Origin: Elusimicrobiota bacterium
Lineage (GTDB): Bacteria > Elusimicrobiota > Elusimicrobia > UBA1565
Assembly: GCA_043819795.1 (NCBI GenBank)
Contig: JBDREN010000049.1
Coordinates: 27,409-91,408 of the forward strand
Length of the DNA stretch: 64,000 nucleotides
Direction: 5' to 3'
Of the stretch, positions 19,701-27,569 are shown piece after piece. Each line of letters opens with the position of its first letter. The first letter of the stretch is position 1. The position numbers and the translations under genes are program-made. Below the pieces are notes generated by a model. The model had not been told where the DNA came from and ran no database searches. It worked only from the letters and a program-made list of their open reading frames with translations.

Positions 19701-20650
19701 CGGAGACGGACGGCGCGGACCTGGCGCGGGAGGTGCGCCGGGACCCGGCCTTGGCGGACGTTCCGATCGTGGTGATGACCTCGCTGGGGCAGTCGCTTCC
19801 CGCGGACCAGGCGCGCGAGGCCGGGATCGTGGGCTGGCTCTACAAGCCGGTCCGGTCGGCGGAGCTTCTCGCCTGTCTCGCCTTGGTCCTGGGCAAGGGC
19901 GGGCGGGAGCCCGCGGGGCCGGCGCCCGCACCTCCTCGATGGCGCGCGCGACGCAGACAGCGTCTTCGCGTGCTTCTCGTCGAGGATAACCCCGTGAACC
20001 GGAAAGTAGCCCTGATCCAGCTCGACAGGCTGGGGTACCAGGCCGACGCGGCGGCCAACGGCCTGGAGGCGCTCCGCGCGTTCGAGAAGGGCTCCTATGA
20101 CCTGGTGCTCATGGACTGCGAGATGCCGGAGATGGACGGCTATCAGGCGACCGCGGAGATCCGCCGCCGCGAGGGGGCCCAGGATCGCGTCCCCATCATC
20201 GCCATGACGGCGCACGCGCTGAAAGGGGACCGCGAGAAGTGTCTGGCGGCCGGGATGGACGACTACGTCTCCAAGCCGGTCCGGTTCAAGGACCTGTCGG
20301 CGGCGCTGGCGCGCTGGGAGGATCCGCTGGACCGTTCCGTCGTGGACGATCTGCGCGAGGTCGCCGGCGATGTGAGCGAGGTGGCCGGCGTCTTCCTGGA
20401 GGACGCCCCGAAGCGGATCGCGGCGATGCGCGGAGCCGTCTCGGCGGGCGATTCCCATAAGCTCGCTTTCGAGAGCCACCAGCTCAAGGGCGCGAGCGGC
20501 AGCATTGGCGCGAGGCGTCTGCGCCGGCTCTGCGCCCGGATCGAGGCGATCGCCAAGTCGGGCGCCGTCTCCGAGGTCGAGGGGCTCCTCAGCGGGCTGG
20601 AGGACGAGTTCCAGGAGGTTCAGGCGGGGCTCGAGAGGAATACTAGATAG
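16733..20650 (+). CDS. Soluble hybrid sensor histidine kinase (GAF-PAS-GAF-like-PAS-PAS-HisKA-HATPase-REC-REC-Hpt)
   Basis: LDTPPEERFDRIT GAF, PAS repeats, MSHELRTPLN, GGTGLGLAI, two receiver domains, HQLKGAS Hpt; no TM helices seen. Confidence 0.92.
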   Translation: MRAGRAGSEKARLAAAAESGLLDTPPEERFDRITRIARRHFGTSVAYISLVDADREWFKSRQGLRLRSVPREVSFGARVVRKSGVFSLVDARKDPKFSEHPLVAGGPRVRFVAACPLSTSDGSRVGALAIADRKPRRLGKGDLGALRDLARIAEAELRASGAHDPAAGTLRRVRDLQDFVDNVPELIQSVAPDGSFRYVNRAWRRALGYDEDDVARLNLFDIIAPESFAHCQDVFKRVMSGEYVQDMEAVFLAKGGGKVFLSGSANCHMESGKPTHTRAIFRDVTEQKRAEAELRKRTYELGERVKELNCLYGISALSERADISLEEFLQETAELILRSWQYPEVTCARITLEGREFRTRNFRESPWKQTADLQARGARFGSVEVYYLEKRPRRYEGPFLKEERRLLNAIAERLGKIAQRRRVEDALRKGEAGYRTLVDNLPQKVFLKDENSVYLSCNERYARDLKIRPEEILGRTDYEFFPRELAEKYRTDDKRIMESGRIEDLEEEYIEDGRRAIIQTVKTPIKDDSGVVVGVLGIFWDITERKRAEQKLRQLSLAVEHSPNIVMITDPEGKIEYVNPAFSSVAGYAPEDVLGRGAGELGEQSAEEQGRMWAAIRSGTVWRGEFPNKTKSGGSYWELASIAPIKDEDGNITHFVKVAQDITERKRMEAELAKARDQALAAAKAKAQFLAKMSHELRTPLNAIIGMSDLLLDTPLKHQQREYASTVHDSGEVLLSLINDVLDFSKLEVGKLQLESVEFDLRLLLEEAAQLCSFQAHAKGLEVLLAMPDDVPSALRGDSGRLRQILMNFLGNAVKFTEKGQVVLLASKEEEDERRAMLRLAVADTGLGIEPETQARLFEAFTQADASTTRRFGGTGLGLAISRQIIERMGGEFGVESSPGIGSTFWCRVPFEKAPGEGSAEAARKPDFSGARVLVVDDNAANREIMRERLSGWGMRPDVAAGAPEALDRLRREAAGPDPHRLLLTDMRMPETDGADLAREVRRDPALADVPIVVMTSLGQSLPADQAREAGIVGWLYKPVRSAELLACLALVLGKGGREPAGPAPAPPRWRARRRQRLRVLLVEDNPVNRKVALIQLDRLGYQADAAANGLEALRAFEKGSYDLVLMDCEMPEMDGYQATAEIRRREGAQDRVPIIAMTAHALKGDREKCLAAGMDDYVSKPVRFKDLSAALARWEDPLDRSVVDDLREVAGDVSEVAGVFLEDAPKRIAAMRGAVSAGDSHKLAFESHQLKGASGSIGARRLRRLCARIEAIAKSGAVSEVEGLLSGLEDEFQEVQAGLERNTR

Positions 20651-20682
20651 TATAAGGCGCAGTTTCCGGAGGAGGCCGCCAT

Positions 20683-21975
20683 ATGACATCCGAAACCCGT
20701 GGGTACGCGATCGTCTTGAGCGCGCTCCTGCTTCTGGCCGGGGGAGCCGGGGCCGGTCATGCGGCGCCGGACAAGCTGGGGAAGGTCAACGTCCTGGGCG
20801 TCTGGAAAGGCGAGGAGCTGCGCAGCTTCCGGGCCGTGGTGAAGCCGTGGGAAAAGGAGACGGGCGGCAAGATGCGTTTCGAGGGCAGCCGGGACCTGTC
20901 GGCCGTCTTGACGGCTCGGGCGGCGAAGGGCGACGCGCCCGACGTCGCCATCCTGCCCAATCCCGGCCTCATGGTCCAGCTGGCGAAGACGAAGAAGCTC
21001 GTCCCCCTCGACGGGATGCTGGATATGACGCATTTCGAGGCGGAGTACGCGCGGACCTGGATCGAGCTGGGATCGGTGGAGGGCAGCCTCTACGGCGTCT
21101 TCTACAAGGCCGCCAACAAGAGCACGCTTTGGTACAGCCCCCAGCAGTTCTCCGACCACCAGTGGCCGATCCCGCGGACCTGGAAGAGCCTCCTGGCGGT
21201 GTCGGAAAGGATCCACGAGGAGGGCAAGACCCCCTGGGCCCTGGGCCTGGAAAGCGGGGATGCGAGCGGCTGGCCGGCCACCGACTGGATCGGCGAGATC
21301 CTGCTCAAGGAGTACGGCCCGGAGAAATACGACGCGTGGGTCGCGCATGAGATCCCCTGGACCGACGAAGCCGTGCGCTCGGCGTGGGAGAATTTCGGGC
21401 GGATCGCGCACGGCGAGGGATACGTGGCGGGAGGCGCTTCCGGGATATTGACCACCGGCTTCCGGGAAGCGGCGTACCGGGTCTTCCGGAAGCCACCGAA
21501 GGCGTATCTCTACTTCCTCGGGAGCTTTACCAAGAAATTCATCACCGAGCGGTTCTCCGGCCTGATGCCGGCGAAGGACTATTCCTTCATCCCGTTCCCG
21601 GCCTTGAACCCCGCATACAGCGGGGCCGTGACCGGCGGGGCGGACGTGGTCGTCGTGTTCAAGGACAACGCGACCACGCGCTCGTTCATCAACTATCTCG
21701 CCTCGGCCGAGGCTCAGGAGATCTGGGTCGAGCGCGGGGGCTTCACGGCCGTCAACCGGAAGGTCAGGCTCCACAGCTATCCCGACTGGGTCTCCGCGCG
21801 GATCGCCTTGCAGCTGTCGAACGCCAAGGTCTTCCGCTTCGACGCCGACGACCAGATGCCGGCCGAGGTCCAGAAGGCCTTCTGGAAGGGAGCGCTCGAC
21901 TACGTCCGTGATCAGGCGAGCCTGGACCGCGTCCTCGAAGACATCGAAGCCGTCGCCCGGAAGGCCTACCGGTAG
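20683..21975 (+). CDS. ABC-type carbohydrate substrate-binding protein (AglE-like)
   Basis: Signal peptide; PDVAILPNPG, KSTLWY, GWPATDWI and FRFDADDQMP motifs. Confidence 0.85.
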   Translation: MTSETRGYAIVLSALLLLAGGAGAGHAAPDKLGKVNVLGVWKGEELRSFRAVVKPWEKETGGKMRFEGSRDLSAVLTARAAKGDAPDVAILPNPGLMVQLAKTKKLVPLDGMLDMTHFEAEYARTWIELGSVEGSLYGVFYKAANKSTLWYSPQQFSDHQWPIPRTWKSLLAVSERIHEEGKTPWALGLESGDASGWPATDWIGEILLKEYGPEKYDAWVAHEIPWTDEAVRSAWENFGRIAHGEGYVAGGASGILTTGFREAAYRVFRKPPKAYLYFLGSFTKKFITERFSGLMPAKDYSFIPFPALNPAYSGAVTGGADVVVVFKDNATTRSFINYLASAEAQEIWVERGGFTAVNRKVRLHSYPDWVSARIALQLSNAKVFRFDADDQMPAEVQKAFWKGALDYVRDQASLDRVLEDIEAVARKAYR

Positions 21976-22147
21976 CGTTGAAGCGGCCCGCTCGTAATGG
22001 GAAGGCCGTTCCCAAGCGAATCCGCGAGAGAGTGAGCGTCCTGGCCGGGTCGCCGCGTCTGTGTCTCCCCGGAAGGAACGAATGAATGCGTAGGCCGCGG
22101 GGCGAGCTTGCGGCGCTGGAAAGAATCCGCCGGTGTTGAACGCCGGT

Positions 22148-22190
22148 CCGCACGGCTGGGGATAGATCGGGAAAGTCCCCAGCCGTGCGG
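22148..22190. terminator. Perfect 15-bp stem hairpin (possible terminator or processing site)
   Basis: CCGCACGGCTGGGGA - 13 nt loop - TCCCCAGCCGTGCGG, followed by TGCTTT. Confidence 0.5.
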
Positions 22191-22440
22191 TGCTTTGAGG
22201 CCTGCCCGAGTATCCTAGCCCGAATTCCCCGTCTGGATCGCTGGATTCGACGCAAGATGCCGGGACTTTTCTGTGCGAAATGTCTCGACCGCACGGTTTC
22301 CTGACAGGGAGTGGAAGCGGCATTTCCTCGTGGTGACGCTTGGTCATGCCGCAGCGGGTACGCTCTCCAAATTCCGCGTTGAACTGGCCTCGGCCTCTTG
22401 CATCTCGGTCCCACGCGCCCAACTGGGGAATCCGGGCCAG

Positions 22441-22741
22441 GTGTAGTGAACCATAAATCCCTTGACATTCGGGCGATCGATTTCGGCCTCCGGCTAGGCG
22501 CGGGGAGCGCGCATGCCCGCAGGTATGTAAGCGACGAGCAACGACGCCGGAAGCCAAAAGCGCCCGCCCCCTCCTCCTTGACGCGGACAGCGGCGAAATT
22601 CTATGGAAAGGGGAGGCCCGATCCCGGCCGATTCCCACGTTGCTCCTCGGTTGCATAGCTTAAGCCATGCGCCCTCATCGCGCCTCGAAATCGACTCGGG
22701 CTCGGGCCTCCAAATGACAAGGGATTTATGATTCACTACAC
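22441..22741. mobile_element. MITE-like element with 29-bp terminal inverted repeats and two inverted structured cores
   Basis: 22441-22469 and 22713-22741 are inverted repeats (27/29 identical); CTAG at the right end; no transposase ORF. Confidence 0.75.
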
Positions 22742-22796
22742 TAGCGATGGCCACTTACTGATTCGGATGGGGCAAATCCTTTCTATAGCGCAGTAT

Positions 22797-22940
22797 TGTT
22801 AAATATGAAACATGTGGCGCTGCTAAACGTTGCAAAAGAGAAACTAGAAGCAGTTTGGAGGCATTCTGAACTGGTCAAAAAGAACGAAAAAAACGCAACT
22901 ATTGGTGGCTATTGCAAAATGGAACGATATCTGCTATAAT
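22797..22940 (+). promoter_or_regulatory. sigma70-type promoter with putative Fis-type HTH operator sites
   Basis: TTGCAA(22912)-17-TATAAT(22935) with extended TG; TGT-N10-ACA at 22797-22812; related TTGCAAAA..GAAC/AAAC sites near 22829 and 22911. Confidence 0.55.
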
Positions 22941-22980
22941 AGAACCATAGCATACGTTTCCAGCCGCCGGGAGTTGATAT

Positions 22981-24339
22981 ATGCAGTTTGAAGGCCAAGG
23001 TCGTTTTTTCGAGACCATCCTCCGTTGTGTCGCTGACGGCGTGTTCACGGTGGACCGCGACTGGCGTATCACCTCCTTCAATAAGGCGGCCGAGCGCATC
23101 ACGGGCATGAGCGCCCGGCAGGCCATGGGCAAGAGATGCTCCGAAGTCTTTCACGCGGACCTCTGCGGTGACGGCTGCGCCATCAGGCGGGCTCTCGAGA
23201 CCAAACGCGAGGTCATCGAGCAGCCGGCCAATATCCGCGACCAGCGCGGCAGGGCGATCCCGATAAGCATCAGCGCGGCCGTGCTTCGGGGGGAGGACGG
23301 GACCGTCCTCGGCGGGGTCGAGACGTTCCGCGACCTGTCGGCCATCGAGCAGCTCAGGCGCGAGATCCGGAGCCAGTACACCTTCGAGGAGATCGTCGGC
23401 AAGAGCGAGGCTTTCCAGAAGGTGTTCTCCATCCTGCCGGACGTCGCCGCCAGCGAGAGCACGGTCCTCATCGAAGGCCCGAGCGGCTCCGGCAAACAGC
23501 TCCTGGCGCGGACCATACACAACCTGAGCCCCCGCCGGGATCGGCCTTACGTCGTGGCGAACTGCGGGATGATGCCGTCCGGCCGCTGCGCGTCCGAGCT
23601 TTTCGGCCACGTGCGAGGCGCCTTCAAGGACGCCAAGGGGGACCGGCTCGGCCGCATCGCGCAGGCCGAAGGGGGGACCATCTTCCTGGACGAGATCGGC
23701 GACCTGTCGATGGAGAGCCAGGTCAGGCTCCTCAAGGTCCTTCGGGACGGAGAATACGAGCCGCTGGGCGGCGTCAGTCCCCGGCGCGCCGATGTGCGCG
23801 TGGTCGCTGCCACGAGCAAGAGCCTGCCGGATCTGGTCGGGCGGGGGCTTTTCCGCGACGATCTCTACTTCCGCCTGGCGGTGGTGCGGCTGAGCATACC
23901 GCCCCTGTCCGAGCGGCGCGAGGACATCCCCTGCCTGGTCGAGCACTTCGTCCAGCGCTTCAACGCCAAGCGCGGCAAGAGCATCCAGGGGGTGACGCCC
24001 GCGGCCATGGAGCTTCTCATGCGCCATGGTTTTCCCGGGAACGTGCGCGAGCTGGAGAACCTGATCGAATGCGGCTTCGCTCTATGCCACGGCGGATGGA
24101 TGGACGTCGGCCATCTGCCCGAGGATCTGAGGCCGTCGCGGCGGCCGGGCGCCGCCGGGCGCCGCCTCGAGGGCGCGTCCCTGCTCCGGCACATCGAGGC
24201 GGACGCGGTCCGCGCCTCCTTGGGGCGGAACGCGGGCCATCTCGGCCGCACGGCCGAGGAGCTGGGCATCAGCCGGACCACGTTGTGGCGCAAGATGAAC
24301 AAGTACGCCATCGAAGCGGACGAGTTCCGGGCCGGTTGA
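22981..24339 (+). CDS. PAS-AAA+-HTH enhancer-binding-type regulator, OrpR-like, with degenerate GAFTGA loop
   Basis: PAS with C-x8-C-x3-C; Walker A GPSGSGKQ; GAFKDA; FLDEIG; FRDDLYFRL; PGNVRELEN; LGISRTTLWRKM HTH. Confidence 0.88.
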   Translation: MQFEGQGRFFETILRCVADGVFTVDRDWRITSFNKAAERITGMSARQAMGKRCSEVFHADLCGDGCAIRRALETKREVIEQPANIRDQRGRAIPISISAAVLRGEDGTVLGGVETFRDLSAIEQLRREIRSQYTFEEIVGKSEAFQKVFSILPDVAASESTVLIEGPSGSGKQLLARTIHNLSPRRDRPYVVANCGMMPSGRCASELFGHVRGAFKDAKGDRLGRIAQAEGGTIFLDEIGDLSMESQVRLLKVLRDGEYEPLGGVSPRRADVRVVAATSKSLPDLVGRGLFRDDLYFRLAVVRLSIPPLSERREDIPCLVEHFVQRFNAKRGKSIQGVTPAAMELLMRHGFPGNVRELENLIECGFALCHGGWMDVGHLPEDLRPSRRPGAAGRRLEGASLLRHIEADAVRASLGRNAGHLGRTAEELGISRTTLWRKMNKYAIEADEFRAG

Positions 24340-24358
24340 CCCGGGGGGAGAGAACGCG

Positions 24359-25732
24359 GTGAGCACCCAAAGGAAATACAGCTACTTCGTCGAGCCCAAG
24401 GCGCTCGAGGTCGCGGAGCGTCCGCGAAAATTCCTCATGGCATTCGCGGCCGTGCTGAAGAACGCCAGCTACGGGCTGGCGCTCGATACGTACGCGCGCC
24501 TGAGCACCAAATGCGGGCGTTGCGTGGCCTCCTGTCAGCTCTATCAGACCACGCGCGAGGAGCGGGACATCCCCTGCCATCGCTCCGAGCTCCTGCTGCG
24601 GGTGTACCGGCGGTACTTCACGCATTCGGGCCGCCTCAAGGCCAAGATATTCAGCGGTTTCGAGTTGACGGACGCCTACTTGGACGAGATGGGCGAGGCC
24701 TACTACCGCTGCACCGCCTGCCGGCGGTGCAAGGCCACCTGCCCCATGGGCATCGACCACGCCCTGGTCACTCATCTGGCCCGGTGGCTGCTCTCGGAGA
24801 TCGACGTCATCCCCAAGGCGCTGTTGGTGGCGACGCGCGAGCAGCTCGAGGGCGTCGGCAATACCTCGGCCATCCCGGTCCCCGCGCTCAAGGACACCTG
24901 CGAGTTTCTGGAGGAGGAGCTCAAGGAGATCACCGGCGTGGACATCAAGTTCCCCATGGATGTCGAGGGCGCCGAGTACGTCTTCTTCCCGGCGGTCTCG
25001 GACTATCTGCTCGAGGCGGACACCCTCATGGGCAACGCGGCCGTCATGCACGTCACCGGCGGGTCGTGGACCATCGGCACGGGCAACTACGACGGCATCA
25101 ACTACGGCCTGTTCTACAGCGATCGCATGATGGAGCGGATCGTCAACAACGTCGTCAAGGAGGTCCGCCGCCTCAAGGGGAGGAAGGTCCTCGTCGGCGA
25201 ATGCGGCCACGCCACTCGCAGCGCCTGGTACGTGCCGGCCTTCGGCGGCCCGGACGCGCCGCCGGTGGTCAATTGCTTGCAGTACGCCCACCGGATGCTC
25301 GAGGCCGGGAAGCTCCCCCTGAAGAAAGAGCTTATCAAGGAGCGGGTCACCTATCACGATCCGTGCAATATCGCCAGGAGCGGGCGGATCACCGAGGAGC
25401 CTCGGGAGCTCCTTAAGGCTATCTGCGGGGACTTCGTGGAGATGACGCCGAACCGCGCGGAGAACTACTGCTGCGGCGGAGGCGGCGGCACGGTCTCCAT
25501 CGACGAGATCCGGGCTTTCCGCACGGGTCTCATGGGAAAGCGCAAGGCGGATCAGATCCGCGCGACCGGCGCCAAATACGTCGTGTCGCCCTGCGCCAAC
25601 TGCAAGAAACAGCTCCGCGAGGTCTGCGAGGACAACGGCCTCAACGAGGTCGAGGTCGTGGGCCTGCACGACCTGCTGCTGAAGGCGATCGACTTCGGGG
25701 TCCCCGAGAAGAAAGGAGAGGACGATGGGTGA
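24359..25732 (+). CDS. HdrD/DsrK/HmcF-like Fe-S protein with CCG domain
   Basis: Two CxxCxxxC-type ferredoxin motifs, GECGH, YHDPCN, CCGGGGG, SPCANC. Confidence 0.9.
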   Translation: MSTQRKYSYFVEPKALEVAERPRKFLMAFAAVLKNASYGLALDTYARLSTKCGRCVASCQLYQTTREERDIPCHRSELLLRVYRRYFTHSGRLKAKIFSGFELTDAYLDEMGEAYYRCTACRRCKATCPMGIDHALVTHLARWLLSEIDVIPKALLVATREQLEGVGNTSAIPVPALKDTCEFLEEELKEITGVDIKFPMDVEGAEYVFFPAVSDYLLEADTLMGNAAVMHVTGGSWTIGTGNYDGINYGLFYSDRMMERIVNNVVKEVRRLKGRKVLVGECGHATRSAWYVPAFGGPDAPPVVNCLQYAHRMLEAGKLPLKKELIKERVTYHDPCNIARSGRITEEPRELLKAICGDFVEMTPNRAENYCCGGGGGTVSIDEIRAFRTGLMGKRKADQIRATGAKYVVSPCANCKKQLREVCEDNGLNEVEVVGLHDLLLKAIDFGVPEKKGEDDG

Positions 25733-26435
25733 GCTAGAGATCTGGACCGAGTGGGCGCGCGGGCCGCTGTTCAGGGCCGCGCTGGCGTTCATGATCCTGG
25801 GCCTTCTGCGTCACGCGGCGTTGACCATATGGGAGCTGGCGGGGATCATGTACCGCGCCGGCGACAAGGCCTTCCCGTGGAGGCGGGCATTCTCCGCCAC
25901 GCTAAAATGGCTTTTCCCGGTGGGGCAGATCAAGAACCGTGTCCTCTACAGCCTGACCACGCTCGGCTTCCATGCCGCCGTCATCATCGTTCCCGTTTTT
26001 CTCGCGGGCCACGTCGCGCTCTGGGAGCGGGGCACGGGCCTGTGCTGGCCGACCATCCCCAACGGCGTGGCGGACGTGCTGACGATCATGGCCGTGCTCG
26101 CGGCGGCCTTGCTCGTGGCGGAGCGCGCGGCCGCGCGGGACTCCCGGGCGCTGAGCCGCTTCCAGGACTACGCCTTGCCCCTGCTCGTGGCCGCGCCCTT
26201 CGCGACCGGCTTCCTGGTCATGCATCCGGCTTTAAACCCGTTCGGCCATGAAGCGACGATTCTGGTCCACGTGTTGAGCGCGGATATTCTGTTCATCCTC
26301 ATCCCGCTGACCAAGCTGAGCCACATGATCCTGCTCCCGGGCACGCAGATCATCTCCGAGCTGTCCTGGCATTTCCCGCCGGACGCCGGCAGGAAAGTGG
26401 GCGTCGATCTCGGGAAGGAGAAGCAACCCATATGA
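25725..26435 (+). CDS. NarI/HmcE/TmcC-like membrane cytochrome b
   Basis: About 5 TM helices; His ligands in FHAA...GHV and VHV...TKLSHM. Confidence 0.85.
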   Translation: MGELEIWTEWARGPLFRAALAFMILGLLRHAALTIWELAGIMYRAGDKAFPWRRAFSATLKWLFPVGQIKNRVLYSLTTLGFHAAVIIVPVFLAGHVALWERGTGLCWPTIPNGVADVLTIMAVLAAALLVAERAAARDSRALSRFQDYALPLLVAAPFATGFLVMHPALNPFGHEATILVHVLSADILFILIPLTKLSHMILLPGTQIISELSWHFPPDAGRKVGVDLGKEKQPI

Positions 26436-27565
26436 AGAAGCCCGTCGCCATCCTTACGGACACGACGCTCTGCACCGGCTGCGAGGAATGCGTCGCGGCG
26501 TGCAAGAAGGAGAACGGCCTGGGCGAGGATCGCCGGTGGCGCTGGCAAAGCTCCGTGAGCGAGCTTTCCGCGTCGCGCTTCACCGCAATCATCCGTCGGC
26601 CCGGCAACCGCTACGTCCGCCAGCAGTGCCGGCACTGCGTGGACCCGGCGTGCGTGAGCGCCTGCATCGTGGGCGCGCTGCGGAAGACGGAAGAAGGCGC
26701 GGTGGTCTACGACCAGGATAAGTGCATCGGCTGCCGTTACTGCATGCTGGCCTGCCCCTACGGGATCCCGCGCTACGATTGGGAGAAGCCGATCCCGTAC
26801 ATCAGGAAGTGCACGCTCTGCTATGACAGGCTTGAGGAGGGAAAGGCCCCCGCCTGCGTGGAGGCCTGCCCCGAGAAGGCGACGATATTCGGCTCCCGCT
26901 CCGATATGCTGGCCGAGGCCCATCGGCGCCTGAAACGGCATCCCGGGAAGTACGTCCAGAAGGTCTACGGGGAACGCGAGGTGGGGGGGACGTCGGTCCT
27001 CTACATCTCGGACATACCCCTTGATTTCCTCGGCTGGCAGACCGATCCCGGCGAGCGGCCGCTGCCGGACCTCACGTGGGCCGCCCAAAGGAAGATCCCG
27101 GCCGCGGCTCTGGGGGTGTTCGGGCTCATGGGCGGCACCTACTGGGTCATCGGCCGGAGGATGCAGGCCGCGGCGCGGGCGGGCCTGAAAGACGCGCCCC
27201 GGGAAGGGGACGCCCCGTCCGTGGGGCACGGGCATCCGGAGCAGGGAGGGGCCCTCTCCGGCCTGAAGACGGCCCTGTGGATGCCTCTCGGCGTGGTGGC
27301 GGCCGTGACCATCGTGCGTTTCGCGCGGAATCTGGACGCGGCCGCGAGCCTCGGGGACGGAGCCCTCTGGACCCTGTGGCTCGCCCTCGGCGTGGCGGGA
27401 GGCACCGGTCTCGGGGCGGGGATCCATTGGCTCGCCGCCCGCCGCAAGAAGGCGCCGGAGGAGGACGCGGAGCCCGAGGAAGGAACTCCCACCCCGCCCG
27501 TCCAGGCGTCGAAGACTTCCGTTCCCAAGCAGATCGCGGGCGACGGCGGCCCGAAGGAGCGATAG
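26432..27565 (+). CDS. HybA/HmcB-like tetra-[4Fe-4S] protein with C-terminal membrane segments
   Basis: CTGCEEC, CRHCVDPACVSAC, CIGCRYCMLACP, KCTLC...PACVEACP, YGEREVGGTSVLY; no Tat signal. Confidence 0.9.
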   Translation: MKKPVAILTDTTLCTGCEECVAACKKENGLGEDRRWRWQSSVSELSASRFTAIIRRPGNRYVRQQCRHCVDPACVSACIVGALRKTEEGAVVYDQDKCIGCRYCMLACPYGIPRYDWEKPIPYIRKCTLCYDRLEEGKAPACVEACPEKATIFGSRSDMLAEAHRRLKRHPGKYVQKVYGEREVGGTSVLYISDIPLDFLGWQTDPGERPLPDLTWAAQRKIPAAALGVFGLMGGTYWVIGRRMQAAARAGLKDAPREGDAPSVGHGHPEQGGALSGLKTALWMPLGVVAAVTIVRFARNLDAAASLGDGALWTLWLALGVAGGTGLGAGIHWLAARRKKAPEEDAEPEEGTPTPPVQASKTSVPKQIAGDGGPKER

Positions 27566-27569
27566 GGCG

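Noticed and set aside
22398..22754. Two short opposite-strand ORFs both containing VVNHKSL
   Set aside because: They are translations of the terminal inverted repeats, not a protein family
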